64,000 bases of DNA from Selaginella moellendorffii (Eukaryota; Plantae; Lycopodiophyta): positions 145,225 to 209,224 of the forward strand of contig NW_003314374.1 of assembly GCF_000143415.4 (NCBI RefSeq). Direction: 5' to 3'. Numbering within the stretch: the first letter of the stretch is position 1; each line of letters begins with the position of its first letter. The notes under the pieces are model-generated. The model ran no database searches, had not been told where the DNA came from, and saw only the letters and a program-made list of their open reading frames with translations. Both the position numbers and the translations under genes were made by a program. Positions 13,376 to 23,436 of this stretch are shown here, one piece after another.

Positions 13376-14119
13376 ATGGCTTCCATCTCCGCGGCCACGA
13401 GAGGACTCCGAAACCCATCAGGTACGCACTGGCACTTCACGCAGAGACCCACCGCCATTCTCGCTCCGACGACCAGCATTCTCGCGCGATCCAAAATCCT
13501 TGGAACCCAATTACGCTGGCGAGTCGTCCTCCCGCATCACCACCACAACCACGCTATCCGCGCGGCCATCGGCGAGAATCCCACGAACAACCCGGACGAC
13601 TTCGTGGTGCTGGGCCTGGGCCACTGCTTCATCGAGGACTCGAACGGCAAGCTCCAGGACCACTTCGTGCTCGAGCCCATCGGCGCGGGCGCGCTCGAGT
13701 GCATGGAGAACGGCGGCAAGACGTGCTACAAGCACGTCGCCAGCATGCACTTGAGCACCGCGCTGGCGCAGGATCACTCGCAGCTCCCCGAGGAGCTCCG
13801 CAGCGGCGCCTTCTGCGAGGACTTCGCCTTCCGGACCAAGTGCGCGGCGCGCTCCTGGATGCGCGACTACCCGCAGGAGAAGATCGTGCGCTACATCCCG
13901 CTGGGGACGGTGCGCTCCGACTTCAACTACAACCTCGAGGACAAGCGCGTGCTCAACAAGGTGAACATCGTCACCGACGCCGACAACATCAAGCAGGACA
14001 TGAGCATCGACGTCTACGGCCGCAAAAAGGACGACGATGCCAACACCGCCACCGACGCCGCCCCGCCCTCCAAAAAGGAGCTCGAGGAGGATCTCATCTC
14101 CAGCTTGTACAACGCTTGA
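13376..14119 (+). CDS. Intronless 247-aa plastid-targeted protein of unknown function, resembling a cyanobacterial conserved hypothetical family
   Basis: Strong GC3 codon bias, S/T/R-rich transit peptide, motifs DDFVVLGLGHCF..EPI..ALE and DFNY..KRVLN..DNIKQ. The family resemblance is from memory. Confidence 0.85.
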   Translation: MASISAATRGLRNPSGTHWHFTQRPTAILAPTTSILARSKILGTQLRWRVVLPHHHHNHAIRAAIGENPTNNPDDFVVLGLGHCFIEDSNGKLQDHFVLEPIGAGALECMENGGKTCYKHVASMHLSTALAQDHSQLPEELRSGAFCEDFAFRTKCAARSWMRDYPQEKIVRYIPLGTVRSDFNYNLEDKRVLNKVNIVTDADNIKQDMSIDVYGRKKDDDANTATDAAPPSKKELEEDLISSLYNA

Positions 14120-14777
14120 ATCTCAATCGTCTTGGCCTTCCAAGTTTTCCAAAGTTTTAGATCGATCAAGATGAACAGCCGAAGCCCACCTTGAATTGTC
14201 TGCTCTTCCAGCCTCGCCATCTTCCCTCCAGCTTGCGTTCCAACTAGTTTTATCTGCTTAGCAGCACACACTCCATCCAGTTAACAAGCACACACCACGG
14301 ATTCTTCGAGTTGCATCATATAAACCAAGAACTTGTATACAAAATTGTCAGTGAGAAAAACAACACCCAGGCAGTAGGACCATTCGCTTGCAATCCCTGC
14401 CTCTAGCTACTAGTTAATATGTTACTGAATAGCTATGCATCCATCCACACACCTAGATATAATATGTACACAGAAGCTAAGACCTCTCTGGCTAGCACAA
14501 GCAATCCACAACCAAATTACAAAGGGAGTAGCGGTAAAGACAGTACCTCCGGCTTGCTTTTAGAGTATTAGTAGAGCTGGCCTGAAGCGGTGTTTTTGCT
14601 GCGGCTAGCTTCTTGATGTGTGGGACAGACACAACGCGAGAAGCGAGCTCGCGGTGTTGCCTACTTGGTGAAGGTGATGATCACGATGGCGATGGAACCA
14701 CCAGCTTGAGGTTGATCTAAAACTCCTCAACTTCCACTGTATCAATGCGTGTCAATTATCAGCGTCAATCTGGTGTG

Positions 14778-17700
14778 TCACGGCTTACCGCCGGGATTGG
14801 CATCCTGTTCTGTAAACTCTTCATTCGTTCGAGCCTGTATGGCATTCAGCTGCTCTTGGTTCATGTGACTCAGCTCCGAGGGAGACATGATTTTGATGCA
14901 CCGGACGCAGCTCACAAATTCCCTGCGGAAAAAGGAAGTGTCTGAATGAGCCACCACCTTACATGGAGGACGATTTAATCGAAACTTACTCCCAAGGATC
15001 GTCGCCAACGAGTAAAACATCGTTCTCGTTGTCCACGAACACGAGCTGCCAGCCTGATCGGTGCGGGTCTTCAAGCTGTCCCTCAAGTCCAAACATTCGA
15101 GCCAGCTCACTTCTCAGCCCATCGTAACAGTTCAGACGTGTTAAGTCCAGAGACCTTCCGACAGAGCCTGTCTTATACACCTGTTCACAACGAGACCAGT
15201 AAGATTTGTAAGCTCTGGAAAAAAAATCACAACAAAACTGGCACATTACCTTGGTGAATGTTCTCGGCAACATGGGCTGCGCGCTAGAACTTCTCTGTAA
15301 GTACGCAGGTTCTTCCAAGGTGCCGTTGTCTGAGCTCAAGTGGAGATCAGAAGAAGTCGAACCGAGGACTCGTTGCTGACCATCCTTCGATTTCGGCCCC
15401 TGGCTCGAAGGAGTAATGCATTCGGGCTCTATGCTGACCCCAAAGAGGAGATGACTCCTGGAATCTAGAGGCAACGTATCTTGCTCCTGCTGCTGCTGAG
15501 CATCCTTGAAAGTTAAACCGGCCGTTACACCTTGCTCAATGTCATTAATAGAGAACACGGGCCCAGTGGCAGAGTATCCGTCCAAATGTCCGAACTGCAG
15601 TGGCTGTTCTGTAGTAAAATCCTTCTCTCCCACGTACCAGCCGTGAGTATCCTTGATTTGGATTTCTTGCTCACCGCCTATGTTTCTTGCGTACTGTTGC
15701 TCCAGCATACTGCTCTGGTAAGATCTTCCGTAGGAGCTCAAGGCAATATCACTGGAGTCCCCACGCTGCTTCAGGGATTGAGGCCCACTTGAGAGATGCA
15801 ATGCAGACTCGGACGATTGTTGCGAGAGTTGAACAACCTGCTGCTGCTGTTGCTGCTGCTGCTGATGCTGATGGCAGTTATACTCGTGAGCTTGTTGCTG
15901 TTGGGGTAACGCAGACAGTAGTTGCGTATGCTGCTGCTGCTGGCCTTTCATGTGAATCTGCTGCTGCATGGGCAAACCTTTCGGCGTTTGCGAATGCGTT
16001 GCGTCTTGAACCCGGCTGCAGTCATCGGGACGAAAAAAGTCCGACCTCGCTCCTGACGCGGCAGAATCCGGCCGTTGATGGAGCTGCATGAGTTGCTCCG
16101 AGTACATGTTCCACGACAGGTTCTTTTCCAAACCTTCGCTCTTGATCCATTTTCCTGCGTCCACAGCTTCAACTTCTCCTGAATGTGAAAACAAACATGA
16201 GTTAAAAGCCTCGAGTATCACGGGGCTTACTTGCTATTGGATTGGGCCCCAACGCCTGGGACCACGGCCTTTTGGATCGAAAAGTGAAAGACGGAGAACA
16301 GACGAGGTATGGTGTTGAAGCCGGTTCTATCTCCCAAAGGGATATGCGTTGCTGCTTTTCGCCAGCGGCAGGCTCGTCCCACTCAACCTGTGAGTACAAG
16401 TCAGGAAAGAAAAAAAAAACTTTAAAGACCTTTAATGAGCGCCAATGAGAATTCGGCCATCGCACTGGATCCAGATCACCGGAACCAACAATAGTACCTG
16501 TGTGCCTAAAATCATCAAAACAAAAATTTGACACCTTCAAATAGGAAGCCCATTGTTTACCTTCGGATTCCGGACTCCTCAGTCTCGAATTGCATTCGAA
16601 ACCTCATGCCTGGAGAGACTTGCATGTTGTTATATACTGCATTGTAGTACTTTGACAATGGGATCACAAATTCTGATGGACTAGCTCTGCAAGAAAAATC
16701 CGAATCATCTACTGCGAATGCGTAGTCGTCGTCACCTGGGATTGTAGAATATAGTAAATCGACTGCTCGTAGAATTCGCGTGCGCAGCGGCCGCAAGAAT
16801 ACCAATATACATGCTATCAGTTGACAGCAGCGACAGTGGCATGGATGCTTGCTGCCGGTTTGCACGCCTTATTCCAAGAAGAAGTTGCCCCTTCTCGTCC
16901 CTGTGGACACTTGTCAGTTTCGCAGGACGAGAAGCAGAATTGCTAACCTTATGAAGAGAACAGCGTCGCCAGTTTGCAGGCGCTTGGCGCTGACAAAAAC
17001 GCTCCATCCCGTCGTAAGAAGGTGCCGCCGTGGCTGGCCTGCAATGCCGGCACATAGCATTGCTTGCACAGGATCCATGGCTAATGAAGCATACCTCGAT
17101 AGATGTGTCTGAAGCGCCATTCCGTGTCGTGTAAATCCCTCGCAACAATCTCCTGGGCCGGAGGTTGCTGGGAAAAGTCCTATAGCAGCAAGTTTACAAG
17201 TAAGCTCGTGACGACAGTTGAAATGCTACACATACCAGAGGGGGGAACACTTTCTCGGCGGCCCTACGAGGGATAGAAAACCCGCCGTGTGTACTTGTGT
17301 CACTTGCTGTCAGCGTTTTACAAAAATACTCCGACGGCTGCCGGTTCTGTCTGCCCAAGTCAGACACCATGAACGAATCCTTCTCTTGCTACAAAACCAT
17401 GCGAGCGAGAAATAAAAAAATGAGTAACAATGATCCGGAACAGTAAACTCGAGACAACTTACAGCATTCATAGGCTGAAGAGTCATCTGGGCATACACTT
17501 CATCCGTCTCGGTATCAGCCTGCGTATGAGAAGAGTGTATAGAGCTCACTCACTCGCTCGCAAAGAACTAGAACTTACATGGAGAGTGATGTTGTGGAGT
17601 TGACAAACGAGATGGGGCGGAAGATTGGGATAGCTAGGAATGTCGGCATCGGCCTCCTTCTGGGTCGAGGCAGCCACCTTGAAGAGAAGGAGAACCTTGG

Positions 17701-17945
17701 AATCAGTCTTAAGCTCTCCAGTGGAGGAAGAATCTCGCTTACCTGTTCGCTGTGGCCTTGGGGGAAGTAGACCACTCGAGTCCCAACAGAGGGCAGAGAC
17801 ACGAGCGGCCCAGCACAGGCATGCCAAAGCTCCGGATTTGGACCTCGTTTCACACCTGGAGTGAAGCATTGCGGCTTAGAGCTCTGATACACTCCTAGCT
17901 CCGCTAACATTGAAATCCGGCCGAAATGTCATCCTTACCTTCCAT
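14778..17945 (-). CDS. ARF: Auxin response factor, class A (activator; B3 DBD, Q-rich middle region, PB1), multi-exon
   Basis: [43 protein letters not shown], poly-Q tract, [32 protein letters not shown]. Likely 7-nt first exon ATGGAAG at 17939-17945. Confidence 0.95.
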
Positions 17946-17979
17946 TGCCACTCGCGATGCGCAGCGCCGGGCAGGAGAA

Positions 17980-18009
17980 TCACTTCACCGCGCTTCTCAT
18001 CCCGCGCAT
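17980..18009 (-). promoter_or_regulatory. uORF (MRGMRSAVK*) in the ARF leader
   Basis: ATG...TGA ending 34 nt upstream of the inferred ARF ATG. Whether it lies in the transcript is not shown. Confidence 0.45.
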
Positions 18010-19961
18010 TCTCACTCGGCGCGGCGCCGCGGCCAAACCCCTGCCTCTAGATCACCCCCACACCGGTCCACATTGCCAAAATCCTTCCAAAGCCACCAGA
18101 TCCGAGACGATCACTCGAAGCAGCCGCTCAAAGAGACCCTAGCAGCGCCCTGGCGGCTCTAAGGAGCCAAGAAATCTGCCACATTGAGGAGCTATGGAGC
18201 TACGCCGCCGGCCTATGCGCAATACGAACCTCGTCCAGCCAAATGCAGCGAGACCTAACTAGCGAACACGAAAACGCCACCAATTGTAGCGGTCCGCCAA
18301 ATTTTGGCTTAGCGGTTCCCCATGGCAGTACGCTGTCTTTGGAGCATGGCCTGGGCATCACCCCTGTGTGTCTGGGCACATATATGTCATTCCACGTACC
18401 GGTCTTTGTCCGAGGGATTCTTCTAATGTCCGCCAGTTTACAACCCCACAGCGTTAATAGACCCATCGGTTCATTGCGGCTTGCTGGCGTGGTCGGGCAA
18501 ACGCCGTCGGATGCGCTGGAATTTGGTCCCTGAGATCCCCCGCGAGAAACGTTGTAATCATTAATGGTCCCACGCACATGGTTCCAGACGTGGACGTGGC
18601 GACATAGCAGCCGTGAGATGCCATCGCGTCCCTAGTTTTGGTATCCCCCTCCGTTGGATCCATAAGGGCGGGATTCCGAAAATGGACGGACACGACGGAA
18701 CGGACCACAGTGTGCCATATGCCCCATCCCACGCCATACCGGAGCCGCCGGTCCGTACCGGTCCATGGATAAGCTTTGAATGAATGAATGCTGGCACACA
18801 CATACATACCCCTTTCTTTTTCAGAGGAACCATGGCATCCATAAGCTTTCAGGAATCGATTAAAAATTCGGTGTAAAGTATTTAGCTCCAAGGTTGTAGA
18901 CGACGAATAAACAAAAGATGGCCTAGGGCACGAGTGCCTATGTTAAACACGGCGAAAATGGAAATCAGACGTAAGCATGAGAGGGAGATATCGTCGTTTT
19001 TTCTGTATTCTTGTCCACTGAAAAGAAAAAGCTCTGTGGGTGTCTGATTTGACATGACATGGCTTTACTTTAGGTTAGCACAGCAGCGCATGCCCCATTG
19101 CCCATCTTATCCCAAGCACCAATCGTATAATACGGCCGCCGGGGACATTTCTTTTTACGTGAATCGATTCCATGATCATTGACAAAATGGATTATTGCCT
19201 TCCATAGTGCGATTAATATTTTAAACGCCAAGCACATTAGTGATGTTGTTTGATCACAGATGGAGGTTTTCTCCCACCATAATGGAGCCCGAAAATTCCG
19301 CGAAGCCCGGCCGTGACCTATTCTCTTTTGTGGCCACGACGAGTGGAGGAATCCCCTCTCGCGCCCCTTTAAACAAGTAGGCCTTTTAACTTTACTACCA
19401 AGTGAATCAAGCGAGATCAGATCCGCGGCTGTGCATTGCATTGCGCCCAAAAAGCGCAACACTTGTCAGCCCTGGGGAAGAATTTTGAAATCTTCAGCAC
19501 GGAGAATGCGACACCCAAACAAACGAAGATGCCGGGGAATATACTGCTAGCTTGCCCTAACTCCAGGAACAGGGGGGGCATCTTTTTTGGCGTTGTGACA
19601 GCTGAAAACAGGCACGCTAGGCTCCAGGCGCCGGCTGCCGACACGTGGCTAGATCCAGGGCCGCGAGCTTGCGCGTTTCTTTGCTCGTCACCTAGTGGGA
19701 GCTATTTGCCCCTGTTGCTTGTCGGATGTGTGGGTTTATAGGTGAAATTTTTGTTTGTGGGGCTGCTAGTTTGTCGCATCGATCTAATAATCAATGCATC
19801 GACCGATCGATCATTTGCAAAATGGGGGAACCAATCGATCCATTCGAGATTTTTTGACTACTCTACGTTAGGTTGGCTGATCGCTTTCATGTGAGCTATA
19901 TTCCGGTACGGTGTACTAAAAAACTCAAGGATCTGGAAGAACTTGGGGACATTTTTTCCAG

Positions 19962-21548
19962 ATGGATCGGCTGCTAGTGATTGATCCAAAGGAGCTCGTC
20001 TTTGATTTCGAGATTGGGCAGCGATGCAGCAGCTTCGTGATTCTCAAGAATGTCATGTTCACGATGCCGGTGGCGTTCAAGATCACTGCGTCGTCCAATG
20101 CCGGGATGGCCAATTCCAAGAAGTACACGATGAAGCCATCGCAGGGGATCATCTCTCCCGCCGGGAGGGCCACCGTCGAGATCATCCTCAACCCCCAGCA
20201 ATCCCTCCCGGACGAATTCCCAAACTCGCTCGACAAGTTCGTCGTCAAGAGCTTGGTGGTTCCCGGCGGGAATCAACACAACAGCGTCTCCAACGAGTGG
20301 TTTGAATCCAAGAAGAACTTCGTCTACGCCGACGCTGGATTGAAAGCCTTCTTCAAAGGATCGGCCATCGTCTCCGCTTTGGTTGCCTCTCCGGATTCGA
20401 CGATGGAAGACGTGCGAGAAGTCCTGGAACGGGGCGTGGACTTGAACAAACCCGGATCCAGCGGCCCGGATCGATCCCCGCTCCACGTCGCCATAGCTAG
20501 CGGACGGCCCGAGATGGTCCAGCTCCTTCTCGAGTTTGGCGCGAATGTTGAGGTCCGGGACAGGTTCGGCAAAACACCGATGCACGAGGCTGCTGCCGCG
20601 GGACAGACGCTAGCCATGGAGCTCCTTCTCGCAAACGGAGCAAACACGGAGGCCCGGACGGAATCCGTCGGATGGACAGCACTCCACTTTGCCACGTACG
20701 CACATCATTTGGACGCGGTTCGAATCCTCTTGGCGAAGGGCGCGGATGTCAACAGCACCGCCGGGCCGGAGGAGCGTACCGCGCTGCACATTGCTACCGC
20801 CGGCGGTGCACAGCGGTGCTTGAAGCAACTGCTCGAGCGTGGTGCCAATCCTAACGCCGTTACCGCCACTGGGCAGACGGCGCTCCACATCGCGGCGGGC
20901 CAGGCCGACGTGGCGGCATCTCGGCTGCTGATCCAACATGGCGCCTGGCGGAATGTGCGGGATTTGAATGGACATATTCCGTTTGACGCCGCGGTGGAGG
21001 CGGGAGCTGATAAGAGCTTGCTCGATCTGCTCAAGCTCGGCGATGATCTCCGGCGCGCAGCCAGGAGGGGCGATCTCAAATCGGTGAGGGTTTGTCTTAA
21101 GCAGGGCGCCGATCCAAACGGGAGGGATGAGAATGGATGGACCGCGCTCCACTGCGCGGCATTCAAGGGGAGTTTGGAAGTGGTGAGGCTCTTGATCGAC
21201 AGGAATGTCGATGTGAATTGCGAGGATTGCGAGGGATACTCGCCGCTCCACTGCGCGGTGGAGATGGGGCACAGCGAGATCGTCCAGGTTTTGATGAGGA
21301 GAGGGGCGGATGTGAATGCCAAGATCAAGAAAGGGTGTTGTGCGGTCAAGATTGGGAGCTTGATGGGCGAGGATGGAATCGTGGGATTGCTGCTGGACGG
21401 CGGCGCAAGGGACGCGAGATCGTTGGTTAGTAGCGTCTCCACAATAAATTTGGGGAAAATCCGCGGTAGCGATGATTCGTCTCTCAAAAAGAAGAAGAAT
21501 GGCGAGAGGTTTCCAAGATCCAGGACATTGAGCTGCGAAGCCTATTGA
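19962..21548 (+). CDS. VPY: VAPYRIN (N-terminal MSP/VAP domain + ankyrin repeats), intronless
   Basis: MDRL..GQRC..LKNVMFTMPVAF..KPSQGIISP..EWF..KK.V N-terminus typical of VAPYRIN, followed by ~9 ankyrin repeats (TPMH/TALH/SPLH). Confidence 0.9.
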   Translation: MDRLLVIDPKELVFDFEIGQRCSSFVILKNVMFTMPVAFKITASSNAGMANSKKYTMKPSQGIISPAGRATVEIILNPQQSLPDEFPNSLDKFVVKSLVVPGGNQHNSVSNEWFESKKNFVYADAGLKAFFKGSAIVSALVASPDSTMEDVREVLERGVDLNKPGSSGPDRSPLHVAIASGRPEMVQLLLEFGANVEVRDRFGKTPMHEAAAAGQTLAMELLLANGANTEARTESVGWTALHFATYAHHLDAVRILLAKGADVNSTAGPEERTALHIATAGGAQRCLKQLLERGANPNAVTATGQTALHIAAGQADVAASRLLIQHGAWRNVRDLNGHIPFDAAVEAGADKSLLDLLKLGDDLRRAARRGDLKSVRVCLKQGADPNGRDENGWTALHCAAFKGSLEVVRLLIDRNVDVNCEDCEGYSPLHCAVEMGHSEIVQVLMRRGADVNAKIKKGCCAVKIGSLMGEDGIVGLLLDGGARDARSLVSSVSTINLGKIRGSDDSSLKKKKNGERFPRSRTLSCEAY

Positions 21549-21776
21549 TCCCGGACAACATTCTTTTGTAGATTCCATCAAAATTGAAAAAGGAAAAAAG
21601 TAAAGTTTTGATTGGTTAAAGGTCGCATTCTTGTATAGATTCCATCAAATTAAATAAAGGAGAACTGAAGAGTTTTGATTGGCTAAAAGGTTGGCGGAGT
21701 TTACCATCAAATTAAAAAAGAAGTTTTGATTGGCCATAGTTCGGCGGCTACCAGGCATATGCTTCTACCATTGGCC

Positions 21777-21849
21777 GGGGGCGGAGCTCAATTGGTAGAG
21801 CATTCGCCTTGCACGCGAAAGGTACGGGGTTCGATACCCCGCGCCTCCA
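21777..21849 (+). tRNA. trnA-UGC: tRNA-Ala (TGC)
   Basis: Cloverleaf with acceptor GGGGGCG/CGCCTCC (G3:U70), anticodon arm TTCGC-CTTGCAC-GCGAA, T-loop GGTTCGA, oligo-T downstream. Confidence 0.9.
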
Positions 21850-21868
21850 TTTTATTATATATCGTTTT

Positions 21869-22543
21869 TTACTCGGACTGCTTCTTCGATGGCTTTTGGA
21901 CGATGAAGCTGATGCACTGGACTTGCTTGATGTTGTCAAATCCAAGAACCCTAATGTAGGCATTGGGATACATGGATTTGCACTCCTCGATTTCCCTTAA
22001 AACTTGAGCTGGATCACTGCAGCCAAACATTGGGAGCTTCCAAAGAGTCCAGTAGCGACCGTCGTAGTAACCAGGTTCTCGCGAGTTCTCACGGCTAATC
22101 GCCCCAACCTTATTAGATCAAGAAACCCGTCAGGAACTCCCGAAGATAAAAGTAAACTTAAGAACATTACGTGATCGAATTCGAGGCAGGGAATCCAGTT
22201 CTTGCTCAGCATGTAGTCGATCTCTCTGGCAACGTTGTCGGGTGACAAAGGGGGCAAATACGAGAGCGTTTCGAACCGGGAATTGGAGAGCGGGCAAACA
22301 ATCTTGCAAGATTTGGGCTCTGGATTTGAGAGGATTAAAAACGATATATAATCTTACCTGCATGCAATTCACGCGGCTGCCACTCGAAACCCTGGATGTC
22401 TTTGCGATCAAATTCCGGAAAGCTCTTGTTGCTCCCTTGAGCGGCCATAGGAACGACGATCTTGGCGAAGATCTAGATGTTGATCTGGGATGATCCCACA
22501 CGCCACCGGGAAATCGCAAGAACACACTCGCAGCGGCTGCCAT
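21869..22543 (-). CDS. RbcS: Rubisco small subunit (T-type-like), 3 exons
   Basis: Transit peptide ending RVNCMQ; [25 protein letters not shown]; [51 protein letters not shown]. Confidence 0.95.
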
Positions 22544-22698
22544 AAGATCGTCAATCACTCTCGCCGGTGATTAAATATCCGGGGATCGCACGAAAATAAT
22601 ACGCATTGCGAAAGCTGCCTACTTTTGTCACTACCTCGATATTGCATGTGCGAGGTGGCAAAATTTATAGAAAATTAGGGTATAGTATGATTCCTTCT

Positions 22699-22778
22699 TG
22701 TTGACAGTGGGGTTCGAACCCACGCCCTATCGGACCAGAACCTTAATCTGGCGCCTTAGACCACTCGGCCATGTCAAC
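22699..22778 (-). tRNA. trnL-AAG: tRNA-Leu (AAG)
   Basis: rc GTTGACATGGCCGAGTGGTCTAAGGCGCCAGATTAAGGTTCTGG...GGTTCGAACCCCACTGTCAACA, with a long variable arm. Confidence 0.95.
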
Positions 22779-23436
22779 CACGATGATACGTTGAAATCTT
22801 TTTGACTCCACACCACATTTGCCACATTTGATGCATTTGAAGCTTCGCAACTTACCTTTATCTTTGTGATCATCCCATCATAGTTTTGATTCGATGAAAC
22901 TTCAGCGCTAGATAGTTCCTAAAACCTTTTGGCTAGTGGGAATCACCCGGACCCGACTGGGACAACTCTTTGACTTTTAGATTGGCTTCGAAATTCTTGC
23001 GAGAGGAGATAGATTTGGTATTCTTCAAAGATGGAACTAACAGCACATTTTCATCATCCAAGACGTGTCTCCAGATCTTTCCATGGGACCACTACCCTTT
23101 TAGGGCAGGCATCGAACCGCAAATTCCCGTGCCGTAAACAACCACACAGGGGCGGGTGTACGGCACTTGACAACGTTGGTTTCGTACACGGCGGTACTTG
23201 GTAGTCGGTGGCTGTACACGTCAGCTTACTGCCTACACGTTGTCGCACTGGCAGCCGCTGGATTGACACACACGGTGGTTCGCTGCCGTCGATCTTAGGG
23301 AAGCTCGTTGAGGGTTTCCGGGCATTTAAAGGGGCAGCAGCGGTCTCCATCGATCGATCGTAGCATCTCGATCCAAACGAGTGGGATGCGTGTAAGCCTG
23401 TGAGGGTTGTGGATCGATCGATCAGTGCGGTCGATC

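Noticed and set aside
13305-14160. Overlapping alternative-frame ORFs
   Set aside because: By-product of extreme GC3 bias in the 247-aa gene.
19537-19544. P1BS as a standalone regulatory feature
   Set aside because: A single degenerate 8-mer is expected by chance in 2 kb; kept only as context for VAPYRIN.
19974-21581. Long antisense ORFs (203-323 aa) over VAPYRIN
   Set aside because: Shadow frames of a GC-rich CDS with no recognisable motifs.
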